The position numbers were made by a program, and so were the translations under genes. A model generated the notes under the pieces. The model was given only the letters and a program-made list of their open reading frames with translations. It made no database searches and was not told the DNA's origin. From Thermodesulfobacteriota bacterium (GTDB taxonomy: Bacteria > Desulfobacterota > Desulfobulbia > Desulfobulbales > SURF-16), in contig JBDLIE010000006.1 of NCBI GenBank assembly GCA_039715015.1, positions 29,405 through 93,404 of the forward strand: a DNA stretch of 64,000 bases. Direction: 5' to 3'. This document shows positions 1 through 9,557 of the stretch, in pieces. The first letter of the stretch is position 1, and each line of letters opens with the position of its first letter.

Positions 1-558
1 CAGGCTAAACGTTACGCCCGGAAGCTTGAAGTGATTGCCACCCAAGACCAGCTCACCGGCCTTTATAACCGCCACTATCTTGAAATCACCCTCCCTCAAC
101 TTGAGGCGGGGATTAAACGGCGCAAGACCTCCCTGGGCATTCTCCTTTGCGACATGGACCATTTCAAGGCTATCAATGATACATACGGCCATGCCGCCGG
201 TGATCTGGCCTTGAAGGAACTAGCTGACGTTTTCCGTGACACGTTAAGGGGATCAGATCTGATAATCCGCTACGGTGGTGAAGAATTTCTTATTCTTCTG
301 CTTGATATCGAAGAGAAAGAAGAGCTGGCTGTGGCTGAAAAAGTGCGCCAGGCCGTGGCCAATCATTCATTTGAGCTTCCGGATAATGCCAAGCAACAGA
401 CGATCAGCGTCGGTGTTACTGAATTTTCAGGCAGTAAGCCTGAGGGTGGTATAGAGAAAGTATTGCGTTACGCCGACATTGCCCTTTATAAGGCCAAGGA
501 AAAAGGCCGCAACTGTGTGGTCAAATTTGATAAAGAAAACAGCAATAGCACGGTTTAA
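1..558 (+). CDS. Diguanylate cyclase (GGDEF domain), 5'-truncated by window edge
   Basis: DQLTGLYNR, DMDHFKAINDTYGH, RYGGEEF active site, RGSD I-site; frame is open from base 1. Confidence 0.93.
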   Translation, partial: QAKRYARKLEVIATQDQLTGLYNRHYLEITLPQLEAGIKRRKTSLGILLCDMDHFKAINDTYGHAAGDLALKELADVFRDTLRGSDLIIRYGGEEFLILLLDIEEKEELAVAEKVRQAVANHSFELPDNAKQQTISVGVTEFSGSKPEGGIEKVLRYADIALYKAKEKGRNCVVKFDKENSNSTV

Positions 559-1235
559 CCCCTCTCTCCCCAGTTGCCGCGCCGGGTGGTCTTTTTCAAA
601 CTGGCCTGCAGGAGCCGGCTGAACTCCTGGCCGCTTATCTCGCGGGCGCCAAGCCTGACCAGGTGACTGGTGTGCATCTGGCAATCGATGAGATCGAAAC
701 CCCAGGCCTCAAGCTGCCCAGCTAAAGAGGCAAGGGCCACCTTGGAACTATTGGCCATCTCACTGAACATCGACTCTCCAAAGAAAAACCCGCCCAGAGA
801 TACGCCATACAGCCCCCCCACCAGCTTATCTCCCTGCCAACATTCCACAGAATGGGCCCACCCCTCTTCATGGAGACGGATATAGGCCTCCTGCATCTCC
901 GGGACGATCCAGGTCCCATCATGACCAGGCCGGGGAGCTGCGCAGCCTTCTATAACCTGAGAAAAGGCCTGATCAAAAGTAACCCTGAATACTCCCTGGC
1001 GCAGGGTGCGGGACAACCGGCGGGAACAATGAAATTCTGAGGGCACCAAAACCAAACGGGGATCAGGTGACCACCAGAGAAGAGGATCGCCCTCGGAATA
1101 CCACGGAAAAATCCCCAGGGAATAGGCCAAGAGCAGGCGTTCCACCGACAGGTCACCGCCCACGGCGAGTAAGCCGTCATCGCGGGCCAGCATAGGCGGC
1201 GGAAAGAGAAGTTCTTCTGAAAGTTTAAAAATCAT
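555..1235 (-). CDS. aat: Leucyl/phenylalanyl-tRNA--protein transferase
   Basis: GLLAVGGDL, AYSLGIFPW, WWSPDPR, AHSVECW, FFGESMFS motifs; ATG at 1235 (GTG at 1241 is an alternative). Confidence 0.95.
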   Translation of the reverse strand: MIFKLSEELLFPPPMLARDDGLLAVGGDLSVERLLLAYSLGIFPWYSEGDPLLWWSPDPRLVLVPSEFHCSRRLSRTLRQGVFRVTFDQAFSQVIEGCAAPRPGHDGTWIVPEMQEAYIRLHEEGWAHSVECWQGDKLVGGLYGVSLGGFFFGESMFSEMANSSKVALASLAGQLEAWGFDLIDCQMHTSHLVRLGAREISGQEFSRLLQASLKKTTRRGNWGERG

Positions 1236-1353
1236 CGACACTTATAACACCACATGACATACCTTGACACCGCAAACAAGGGCCTATAAACTGAGTAGGT
1301 TGCCACAAAAAGGCGCCTTTTACAGCTGCCAAACCTCTGCTGATTACAATACC

Positions 1354-1590
1354 ATGGATAGAAAAAAACACGCCTGTCCCTATTGCCAGGAACATATCTA
1401 CGTAAACGCCATTGTCTGCCGCTACTGCTCACGGGACCTGCCGCCCAATATTCCGCACCTGGAATACCGTTCCTCGACGCCATGGATCCCCTTACTACTC
1501 ACCTCTGCCTTGGTTATAGGTGCCGCAGCCATTTTTAAAAGCGATCTGATGCGGGAGCGTTTAGGACGGCCAGAGGACAACGACGAATAA
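1354..1590 (+). CDS. Small zinc-ribbon membrane protein
   Basis: CPYC...CRYC double CxxC followed by one hydrophobic helix; start taken at ATG 1354. Confidence 0.7.
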   Translation: MDRKKHACPYCQEHIYVNAIVCRYCSRDLPPNIPHLEYRSSTPWIPLLLTSALVIGAAAIFKSDLMRERLGRPEDNDE

Positions 1591-1621
1591 GGCCGGAAAA
1601 CTCGAAGACAAAGCGCCGCCA

Positions 1622-2293
1622 CTAGCTCCAGCCCTTGCGGGCCACCAAAACCACAAAGCCTGCATCATTACTCCAACCATCTCGAGAAGGCTCAAACTCC
1701 GTCAGGGCCTCAGGCTTCTGGTACAATGAAGAGCGCTGTTCCACCACCTCTAAGCCGGCTGCCGTAAGCCATCCTTCTATCTCTGTTATCTCATAAAACG
1801 TGGCGTATTGATAAAAGGGATGACCGTCCTCTTTTTTGGCTTGAAGCGCCCGGCCCCATGGTCCACTGGCCGGGATCACTCCCAAAACGAGATGGCCCCC
1901 GGGCCGTAGAGCCTGGCCAACCTGGGTCAGCACCCGGGCTGGCCGGCGGGTAAAACAGAGGGTAAAGAGGATGAAACAGGTCCCTATCCCATGACGAGCA
2001 AGGGGGAGGTCCTCGCCAACCCCCTGGCAGACTCCAACAATACGCTGGGTAGCAATGGTTAGAGGAGCCCGGGCTGGATCAATACCAAGGGTGACCCCCA
2101 GCTCGCTGGCAAAACGGCCTGGCCCGACACCGATCTCAATCCGTGGCTCGCTGAGTTCTGTCTCCAGTTCCTTTAAAGCGGCGAGCTCAATGGCAAAGAG
2201 GAGACTCTCATCGTACCAGCTGTCATACTCCACAGCCCGCTCGTCAAAAACCTGGGATGCTTTCTGCCAAAATGGCCTGCGATCATCACTCAT
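1622..2293 (-). CDS. Class I SAM-dependent methyltransferase
   Basis: IEIGVGPGRF motif I, GIDPA, GEDLP, LRPGG. Confidence 0.88.
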   Translation of the reverse strand: MSDDRRPFWQKASQVFDERAVEYDSWYDESLLFAIELAALKELETELSEPRIEIGVGPGRFASELGVTLGIDPARAPLTIATQRIVGVCQGVGEDLPLARHGIGTCFILFTLCFTRRPARVLTQVGQALRPGGHLVLGVIPASGPWGRALQAKKEDGHPFYQYATFYEITEIEGWLTAAGLEVVEQRSSLYQKPEALTEFEPSRDGWSNDAGFVVLVARKGWS

Positions 2294-2377
2294 CGGTCAA
2301 CACATCCTTACCTAAATTATTAGACAATTATTTCTTTGGAGTGCAGCATGGATGACCGTTATCCCCATCTAATCCAG

Positions 2378-2400
2378 TTCTCTGAGCTTGCCGAAGGGTG
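2378..2400. repeat. REP-like short repeat (CCCTTCGGCAAGCTCAG on minus strand)
   Basis: ttctctgagcttgccgaagggtg resembles the widespread CTTCGACAAGCTCAG-type extragenic repeat. Confidence 0.4.
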
Positions 2401-2514
2401 CGGGTTTCTCGCTATCCCCCAACACAACCCATAATGAACCTTTTTTGCCGTTTTCCTCCATGAAAAAAACCGGGAATCCTTTTTTATCTTCCGGGCCTGG
2501 GGTATCATGGTTTC

Positions 2515-4095
2515 ATGTTCACGCAAGCAATCAACCATGGCCGTTTCAAGAAATCCATTAGTGACCCTGATGATTTCACCCTCTCCTTTGAGCTTGTCCC
2601 TGGCCGAGGCGGTCGTTCCACGGTGCACGCCAAGGCCCTTGACCAGGCCCGCAACATGGCGGCTGATGGCCGGATCTGCGCTGTGTCCATCACCGACAAT
2701 GCAGGAGGCCACGCAACCCTGGCTCCGGATGTCATCGGTCAAGAAATCCTGGCCATGGGACTTGACGTTATCAGCCATTTCTCTTGCAAGGATAAAAACC
2801 GCAACAAGATGGAGAGCCTGCTCTATGGTTGGGACCGCATTGGCCTCCACAATCTGCTGGTCATTGCCGGTGACTATCCCCAAAAAGGTTTTTGCGGCCA
2901 CCCGAAACCTGTCTTTGACCTTGACACCGTCCACCTCATCGATCTAGTCAGCCATCTCAACAGGGGTGAAACCGCGCCTGGTGTGCAGCCCACTTCATTT
3001 CATATCGGGGTGGCCATCTCACCGTTTAAATACTCGGAAGCCGAGCAGATGATGCAGTATTACAAGCTGAAACGTAAAATTGCCGCTGGTGCCCACTTTG
3101 GCATCACCCAGCTTGGTTTTGACGCCCGTAAATACCATGAGGCCCTTCTCTATGTTGAGGAGCATGATCTCGGCATCCCCCTCCTGGGCAACCTCTTTAT
3201 CCCTAATATCCATGTGGCCCGCCTCATGCACAAACGGGTCATTCCGGGCTGCCTGATTCCAGACCATCTTTTCGCCCGCATGGAACAGGAATCAAGATCT
3301 GCAGACAAGGGGAAAAAGGCGCGGCTTGAGCGGGCCGCAAGCCAACTCGCCGTTCTGCGCGGCATGGGCTATAACGGTGTTCACATTGGTGGTCCCGGGC
3401 TTAAGATGGATGATATTGACTTTATCCTTACTGAGTCCACAACAAGAAAGGATCACTGGCCCGACCTTCTTCCTGAATTTCAACCAGACACGGCCCAGGG
3501 TTTTTATTTTTTCCAGAAAGACCAGGACACCGGCCTAAACCGGCAGAAAAAGAGCCCTATCCAGGAAAGCACAAGCCAGCCCCTGCTCTACCATTTCAGT
3601 AATCTCATTCACAACCTCGCCTTTGAACCACAAGGGGCGCTTTATAATTCTGCCCAAAAATGCTGCCTGGCTCTGGATAAAACCATGCTGCGCCGCCCCC
3701 TTTTTTGGCTCGAACATCTCTCCAAATTTATCCTCTTTGCCTGCCGGAACTGTGGCGACTGCACCCTGGCCGAATATGGCTATATCTGTCCCCAGTCAGG
3801 CTGCGCCAAATATCTGCTTAACGGCCCCTGCGGCGGCAGTGTTGATGGCTGGTGCGAGGTGTACCCAAACCAAAAACTCTGCCATTATGTCTTTACGTAC
3901 CAACGTCTGAAATCTCAGGGAAATGCCGATGATTTCGGCCACGGCTATATTCCGCCGCGGGACTGGAGTCTCAAAGGGGCCTCTTCCTGGGTGCATTTTT
4001 ATGCCGGCCTCGACCACACCAACCGCCAATGCGGCACAGCAGAAAGTCAATCTCCGCCTAAAAAGGCTTCATCCGACTCAAAAAAGAAGAGCTGA
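2515..4095 (+). CDS. Methylenetetrahydrofolate reductase (MetF-like) fused to a C-terminal Cys-rich MetV/MTHFR_C domain
   Basis: SITDNAGG, HFSCKDKN, IAGDYP, ITQLGFD; C-terminal CRNCGDC...ICP..CAKYLLNGPCGG...CEV. Confidence 0.88.
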   Translation: MFTQAINHGRFKKSISDPDDFTLSFELVPGRGGRSTVHAKALDQARNMAADGRICAVSITDNAGGHATLAPDVIGQEILAMGLDVISHFSCKDKNRNKMESLLYGWDRIGLHNLLVIAGDYPQKGFCGHPKPVFDLDTVHLIDLVSHLNRGETAPGVQPTSFHIGVAISPFKYSEAEQMMQYYKLKRKIAAGAHFGITQLGFDARKYHEALLYVEEHDLGIPLLGNLFIPNIHVARLMHKRVIPGCLIPDHLFARMEQESRSADKGKKARLERAASQLAVLRGMGYNGVHIGGPGLKMDDIDFILTESTTRKDHWPDLLPEFQPDTAQGFYFFQKDQDTGLNRQKKSPIQESTSQPLLYHFSNLIHNLAFEPQGALYNSAQKCCLALDKTMLRRPLFWLEHLSKFILFACRNCGDCTLAEYGYICPQSGCAKYLLNGPCGGSVDGWCEVYPNQKLCHYVFTYQRLKSQGNADDFGHGYIPPRDWSLKGASSWVHFYAGLDHTNRQCGTAESQSPPKKASSDSKKKS

Positions 4096-4306
4096 CAACT
4101 AAAATTTTTTAAGAATTCGGTCAGTTTCGTCGTTATTTAAAAAAAAACTTAAATATTCTTTGCGTCGCCAAATTAAAGGGGGTAAATTATTCACTTTTTT
4201 TCAGGGGAAAAAATTATTGACCTTATTTAATTATTTATTGTCTCCCATTTATGTTTCAAAGAGACTTTGAAAGGTCGATAAAATATTTTTTCACCATAGC
4301 ACAAGG

Positions 4307-5734
4307 ATGACAGGCATGGGCAAGCAAGCCTCTTTACGCCCGAAGGAAGAATGTGGAATCTGCGGTATTTTTGGCCATCAGGATTCTGCCAAACTCACAT
4401 ATTTCGGGCTTTACGCCCTCCAGCACCGTGGCCAGGAAAGTGCCGGAATTACCACATCAGACGGCAAAAAAGTCTCTGAGCATAAAGACATGGGCCTGGT
4501 TTCCGAAGTCTTTAAAGAGCAGGACTTTGAGCATCTCCAGGGCCACCTGGCAATCGGCCATGTGCGTTACTCCACCACAGGCGCCTCCAACCTCGTCAAT
4601 GCCCAGCCCTTTACCGCCAACCATCGTGGTGAGACCTTTGCCGTGGCCCATAACGGCAACCTGGTAAACATCCGCAAACTCCGCGATACACTTGAAGAAA
4701 AAGGCTCCATTTTTCAATCCACCATGGACAGTGAGGCCGTAGTCCACCTCATGGCCAGAGAGTGCTGCAGTAAAGGCCTGAAAGAGGCCGTCCACGAGGT
4801 GGCCTGCCAGATCAAGGGGGCCTACTCCATTCTGCTCATGACCCGCACCCACATGGTGGCCATGCGCGACCCCCAGGGTTTTCGGCCTCTTTGCCTCGGC
4901 AAACTCCCCAACGGCGGCCATGTCCTTGCCTCTGAGACCTGTGCCCTTGATCTCATTGAGGCCGACTATGTCCGTGATGTTGAACCGGGCGAGGCCCTGA
5001 TTATCAGCGAGGAAGGCATTGAGTCTTTTTTCCCCCAGGGGAAACAAAAATCAAGCTTCTGTATCTTTGAACAGGTCTATTTTGCCCGGCCAGACAGCGA
5101 TATCTTCGGGCTCAATGTCTATAATTACCGCAAACGCACAGGAGAGATCCTGGCCAGAGAATGCAAGATTGATGCTGATTTCGTCATGCCCTTTCCAGAT
5201 TCCGGCAACTATGCGGCGATTGGCTACTCCCAGGCCTCAGGAATTCCTCTGGAGTTTGGCGTCATCCGCAACCATTACGTGGGCCGGACCTTTATCCAGC
5301 CTTCTCAATCCATGCGCGACTTTTCGGTGCGGGTGAAACTCAATCCAGTTCGTTCTTTTTTAGAGGGAAAGCGGGTTATTATCATCGAAGACTCCATTAT
5401 CCGCGGCACCACCGGGCGAAGCCGGGTCAAATCATTGCGCAAGGCCGGCGCCAAAGAGGTGCACATGCTTATCAGCTGCCCGCCCACCCGTAATCCCTGT
5501 TATTACGGTATTGATTTCCCTGATCGTAGCCAGCTCATTGCCGCCCAAAAGTCCATAGAGGAGATCCGCCAGTACCTTGATCTTGACACCCTCTACTACT
5601 TAACCGTTGATGGTCTTGTAGAAGCCTCCGGCATGCCAAAAGACGCCTTTTGCCTGGCCTGCTTTAATGGAGAATATCCAGTGGCGCCGGACCTCAATTT
5701 CCACAAAAATACCTTGGGGTGTGGCTGTGGCTGA
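4307..5734 (+). CDS. purF: Amidophosphoribosyltransferase
   Basis: EECG N-terminal nucleophile after propeptide, LQHRGQESAG, GHVRYST, AHNGN, EDSIIRGTT PRPP loop, CLAC Fe-S motif. Confidence 0.98.
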   Translation: MTGMGKQASLRPKEECGICGIFGHQDSAKLTYFGLYALQHRGQESAGITTSDGKKVSEHKDMGLVSEVFKEQDFEHLQGHLAIGHVRYSTTGASNLVNAQPFTANHRGETFAVAHNGNLVNIRKLRDTLEEKGSIFQSTMDSEAVVHLMARECCSKGLKEAVHEVACQIKGAYSILLMTRTHMVAMRDPQGFRPLCLGKLPNGGHVLASETCALDLIEADYVRDVEPGEALIISEEGIESFFPQGKQKSSFCIFEQVYFARPDSDIFGLNVYNYRKRTGEILARECKIDADFVMPFPDSGNYAAIGYSQASGIPLEFGVIRNHYVGRTFIQPSQSMRDFSVRVKLNPVRSFLEGKRVIIIEDSIIRGTTGRSRVKSLRKAGAKEVHMLISCPPTRNPCYYGIDFPDRSQLIAAQKSIEEIRQYLDLDTLYYLTVDGLVEASGMPKDAFCLACFNGEYPVAPDLNFHKNTLGCGCG

Positions 5735-5854
5735 TGCTATCGCATCAGCGAATGTAGAAAATTAAGAGAAGGTAAAAAAAATAGCGTATGACACCTCTTC
5801 TTTACCTCCTATAACGACTCTAACTCCCTTAACTTTTTTATTTATCAACAAAAA

Positions 5855-6829
5855 ATGTCTTCACTTGTCCGCGCCAAAGAGGTTTTGCAGATCGAAGCAG
5901 AAGGTATCACCGCTGTCATTGACCAGCTAGATGCCGATTTCGACAAGGCCATTGAACTTATTCTGGCCTGCCCCACCCGGCTCATCATCACCGGCATTGG
6001 CAAATCAGGCATTATTGGCCAAAAAATTGCTGCCACCCTTAATTCCACCGGCACCCCAGCCCTCTTCCTTCACCCAGTGGAGGCCATGCATGGCGACCTG
6101 GGCATTGTTGATCCCCAGGATGTGGTATTAGCTATTTCATACAGTGGCGAAACTTCGGAACTCAACCTGTTGATGCCCACTCTCAAAAACAGGGGGGTGA
6201 AGACCATCGCCCTCACCGGCAACGGTGCTTCCACTCTGTCTGGTTTTGCCGATGCCACCCTGCGCGCTGCTGTACCCAAGGAGGCCTGCCCTCTTGGCCT
6301 TGCTCCCACCTCGAGCACAACTGCCGCCTTGGCCATTGGCGATGCTCTGGCCGTTGTCCTTATTGATAGAAAGAATTTTGCCGCCAGCGATTTCCGCAAA
6401 AATCATCCAGGAGGCAGCCTGGGGGAACGGCTCAAGGTAAAGGTGTCCGAGGTAATGATGACTGGCGCAGAGATGCCCATTGTTTCCCCACTCACAAGCT
6501 TTGCTGAGGCTGTTGCCATTCTTAATGAAAAAAATATCGGTGCTGTCCTTGTTCTTAACGATGACGGCCTGCGCGGCATTATCACAGATGGCGATATCCG
6601 CCGCCTGATCAGCGCCAATAAAACTGACTTGGTTGATATCACATCCAGCCAGGTGATGACAGCTTCGCCAAAGACCATTGATGAAAGCCTGTTGGCTGCC
6701 GATGCCCTCAGCATTATGCAACGCCATGAAGTCACTGCCCTACCGGTGACCGACTCCAAAGGTAATCTCTGCGGCCTGCTCCATCTCCACGACCTCCTTG
6801 GCAAGGGTGAGTTTCGCCTCCTGGTTTAA
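5855..6829 (+). CDS. kdsD: Arabinose-5-phosphate isomerase (KpsF/GutQ family, SIS + CBS pair)
   Basis: GIGKSG, STGTPA, EAMHGDLG, SYSGET, EACPLGLAPTSST, HPGGSLG, C-terminal CBS domains. Confidence 0.95.
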   Translation: MSSLVRAKEVLQIEAEGITAVIDQLDADFDKAIELILACPTRLIITGIGKSGIIGQKIAATLNSTGTPALFLHPVEAMHGDLGIVDPQDVVLAISYSGETSELNLLMPTLKNRGVKTIALTGNGASTLSGFADATLRAAVPKEACPLGLAPTSSTTAALAIGDALAVVLIDRKNFAASDFRKNHPGGSLGERLKVKVSEVMMTGAEMPIVSPLTSFAEAVAILNEKNIGAVLVLNDDGLRGIITDGDIRRLISANKTDLVDITSSQVMTASPKTIDESLLAADALSIMQRHEVTALPVTDSKGNLCGLLHLHDLLGKGEFRLLV

Positions 6830-6927
6830 GCCTATTATTCTTTGAGAGCGTTCAACTGCAAGGCACAAAGGCCCGTACAACTACCTAAATTAAGGGAGAA
6901 ACAGAACTATTACACCTTGAGATTAAC

Positions 6928-6957
6928 TTGACAAAGAGGGCTCGCTTCTGGTAGCTT
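6928..6957 (+). promoter_or_regulatory. sigma70-type promoter upstream of the hdrC-like/mvhD/metV operon
   Basis: TTGACA-N18-TAGCTT with an extended TG. Confidence 0.5.
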
Positions 6958-7138
6958 CTTCCTCTGCCTTTTCCCTTCGCCAACCGCTGGGAGTGGCAGA
7001 AACTCGACACACTCAGTGAGTGTACTCCATACCTACCCCCGAGCTTCTTGAAGGGTCGTGTATCACAGTAAGTCACTGCACTGTCTATGCAAAAAATAAT
7101 CTTCAAATTTTATTTGATTAGTTTTTAACGAGGAAATT

Positions 7139-7696
7139 ATGGCAATCACCAATAAAGAGATCAATGCCGCCTTTGGTGCTGAAATAACAGCTCTTCCCGG
7201 TGGTGAATATCTCAACTCTTGCTTTTCATGTGGGGCCTGTAGCGGCGCCTGCCCCGTCAGTCAGGCCATCCCTGAATTTGACCCCCGCAAGATCATCCAC
7301 ATGGTCCGTATGGGCTTGAAAGATCAGGTCCTCCAGGCCGACCTGCTTTGGTACTGTTCTCAATGCCAGGGTTGTATCTTTGTCTGCCCTCAGAACGTGC
7401 GCTTTGCTGCTATCATGACAGCCATTCAAAAAATGGCCATGAAAGAGGGCATTATCAGCGAGCAGGATCTGCGTGAAAAAGGTAAGATCGCCTGGGTCGA
7501 GCGTGACCAATGCGTTTCCTGCCTTACCTGTGTCAGGGTCTGCCCATTTGAAGCTCCGGCCATTGATGACAAGGGCGTTGCCTTTATCGACGCTGAAAAA
7601 TGCCGGGGCTGTGGAATCTGCGTAACCGAATGCCCGGCCCAGGCCATCCAGCAAAACCAGGGTGAGGACGAACGCCTCATCGCTGCTGCCGGCTGA
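7139..7696 (+). CDS. HdrC-like + HdrA-C-terminal-like polyferredoxin (four CxxCxxCxxxCP motifs)
   Basis: CFSCGACSGACP, CSQCQGCIFVCP, CVSCLTCVRVCP, CRGCGICVTECP; DPRKII..VRMG is typical of HdrC. Confidence 0.85.
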   Translation: MAITNKEINAAFGAEITALPGGEYLNSCFSCGACSGACPVSQAIPEFDPRKIIHMVRMGLKDQVLQADLLWYCSQCQGCIFVCPQNVRFAAIMTAIQKMAMKEGIISEQDLREKGKIAWVERDQCVSCLTCVRVCPFEAPAIDDKGVAFIDAEKCRGCGICVTECPAQAIQQNQGEDERLIAAAG

Positions 7697-7756
7697 TAGT
7701 CAGCACTAAATGATTAACTCCCCGCTTTGCGGGTTACTTTTTTTACGGAGAGTTAG

Positions 7757-8176
7757 ATGAGCTTTACTCCAAATATCCAAGCATTTTGTTGCCATTACAC
7801 CTCCCAGCAGAGCCTTGCTGAAGGAGCAGAGGCCCTGAAGGCCGATGGCATGCCTGAAAATGTCACCATCAATCGCCTGGTTTGCGGTGGAAAACTGCAG
7901 GAGACCACCCTGCTCAAGGCTTTTGAAGAAGGTGCTGACGCTGTTTTCTTCGTGGGCTGCCCCCTTAACGAATGTCACAACAAAAAAGGCAGCGAAAGGG
8001 CCGCTAAACGTGTTCTGGCACTGAAAAAATCATTGCAGGAACTTGGACTGGGCGAAGACCGGGCTGAAATGTTCCACAGTGAGCGCGGTTTCCATCACGA
8101 ATTTATCGAGGCAGCCCAGTTAATGAATAAGCGCATTACCGCCATTGGCCCTGCTTTTGAGGGAGGCTCAAAATGA
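7757..8176 (+). CDS. mvhD: MvhD/FlpD-family [2Fe-2S] subunit
   Basis: AFCC, RLVCGGK, AFEEGADAV, GCPLNECH; all four cluster Cys positions present. Confidence 0.88.
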   Translation: MSFTPNIQAFCCHYTSQQSLAEGAEALKADGMPENVTINRLVCGGKLQETTLLKAFEEGADAVFFVGCPLNECHNKKGSERAAKRVLALKKSLQELGLGEDRAEMFHSERGFHHEFIEAAQLMNKRITAIGPAFEGGSK

Positions 8177-8841
8177 TTATTGCTGAACGTAAACCCATGG
8201 GTGAAATCCTTGACATGGTTAAGGATGCCAAAAAAATTCTTGTTCTGGCCTGCCGGGGCTGTGTTTCTGTCTGCTCCGCCGGAGGTGAACGCGAGGCGGA
8301 AATTCTCGCCTCCCTAATTCGTATTGGTCTTAAAAAGGAAGGAAAAAAGGCCAAGGTCACCACCGACTCTCTGGTTCGCCAGTGTGATAAGGAATATATC
8401 GATAGCATTGACCAATGGAAAGGCAAGTATGACGCCATTGTATCAACCGCCTGCGGCGTGGGCGTGAACTTCATCGCCAACCTTCGCCCCAAGGATACCG
8501 TTTATCCAGCACTGAACACCTCTTTTATGGGTGGTTCTGCTGAACAGGGTATCTGGGCCGAACAATGCGGCGGTTGCGGTGACTGCGTTCTTCATCTCAC
8601 AGGTGGTCTCTGCCCTGTGGTGCGCTGCGCTAAGAGTCTGATGAACGGCCCCTGCGGCGGTTCTGTTGGCGGTAGCTGCGAGATCCACTCCTCAGTTGAA
8701 TGTATCTGGCAGTCCATCCATGACCGGATGAACCGTATCGGCCAGGCCGAAGGTATGGATCGTATCGCCCCTATTCGGGATTGGTCCACCACCACCCACG
8801 GTGGCCCTCGCAAAACTGTGCGGGACGACCTCACCGTTTAA
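8173..8841 (+). CDS. metV: MetV (Zn/Fe-S partner subunit of methylene-THF reductase)
   Basis: MIIAERKP, CRGCVSVC, RQCDKEY, ACGVGV, CGGCGDC..CPVVRCAKSLMNGPCGG; overlaps mvhD stop (ATGA). Confidence 0.9.
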   Translation: MIIAERKPMGEILDMVKDAKKILVLACRGCVSVCSAGGEREAEILASLIRIGLKKEGKKAKVTTDSLVRQCDKEYIDSIDQWKGKYDAIVSTACGVGVNFIANLRPKDTVYPALNTSFMGGSAEQGIWAEQCGGCGDCVLHLTGGLCPVVRCAKSLMNGPCGGSVGGSCEIHSSVECIWQSIHDRMNRIGQAEGMDRIAPIRDWSTTTHGGPRKTVRDDLTV

Positions 8842-8866
8842 CGGTTGACAACTGAACATCACCAAT

Positions 8867-8899
8867 AAAAAAAGGCTGCCGTTTCGGCAGCCTTTTTTT
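8867..8899. terminator. Bidirectional intrinsic terminator
   Basis: AAAAAAAGGCTGCCG-TTT-CGGCAGCCTTTTTTT. Confidence 0.9.
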
Positions 8900-8915
8900 A
8901 TTGGAAATACTCACT

Positions 8916-8994
8916 GTAGGAGCCCGGCCCTCCGGGCGATAAAACAGAGACCATTGGCAGCTGGCAACTATCGCCCGGAGGGCCGGGCTCCCAC
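8916..8994. repeat. REP doublet (REPIN, GTAG-type)
   Basis: GTAGGAGCCCGGCCCTCCGGGCGAT (8916-8940) and inverted copy ATCGCCCGGAGGGCCGGGCTCCCAC (8970-8994). Confidence 0.85.
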
Positions 8995-9039
8995 CCAAAC
9001 ATTCTTAAATGCGGGGTCCTCCATTTGAGCACCTAAAAA

Positions 9040-9520
9040 CTAAAAATCCTCAAAATCATGGTCAGCAAAAGATTTAATGTTTTCGGCCGCATTTGTGGCA
9101 GCTTTGGCCTCTGGTCTGGAAGCACTACGAGGGGCGGATGGGAGACCCATATTCGGTGCTGCAGGCTGAGAAGCGGCAACAGTCCTCCTGCTTGCTGCCA
9201 TTAACGGCGCAGCTCCTACGGCACCACCTCTGCCTTCCACAAAGGCTAAGAGATCGCCAACAAAGCTCTTCATCATGGCGGCCTGACCGGTGAGCTCCTC
9301 CGAGGCGACTGCCGCCTCTTCCGCTGCACCGGCATTGGACTGGGCAACATTTTCAGTTTCCTGCAGAAAGCCATTCATCTGGGATAATGCTGAGGCCTGC
9401 TCAGTTGCCGAGCTGGTAATTTCTGAAATCAACATGGCAATACGGTCTGTGGCCTCTGTTACCGAGCCAAAAGGCTGAGTGGTTTCATCAAGCAAATTTG
9501 TGCCAACCTCAACCTTATGT
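9040..9520 (-). pseudogene. C-terminal remnant of a methyl-accepting chemotaxis protein
   Basis: EITSSATEQ...QSNAGAAEEAAVASEELTGQA methylation helix and C-terminal DFEDF tether; the signalling hairpin and N-terminus are absent. Confidence 0.75.
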
Positions 9521-9557
9521 AAATCTGCCCATACCCTTACCCTTGCAGAAGTAAACA

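Noticed and set aside
5730..5749. purF ends GCGCG-TGA-TGC within a hairpin (possible Sec readthrough)
   Set aside because: The hairpin includes the stop rather than lying about 11 nt downstream, and PurF is already full length.
7691..7740. HdrC-like gene ends GGC-TGA-TAG (possible terminal Sec)
   Set aside because: Tandem stops are common, there is no neighbouring Cys motif, and nearby hairpins lack SECIS geometry.
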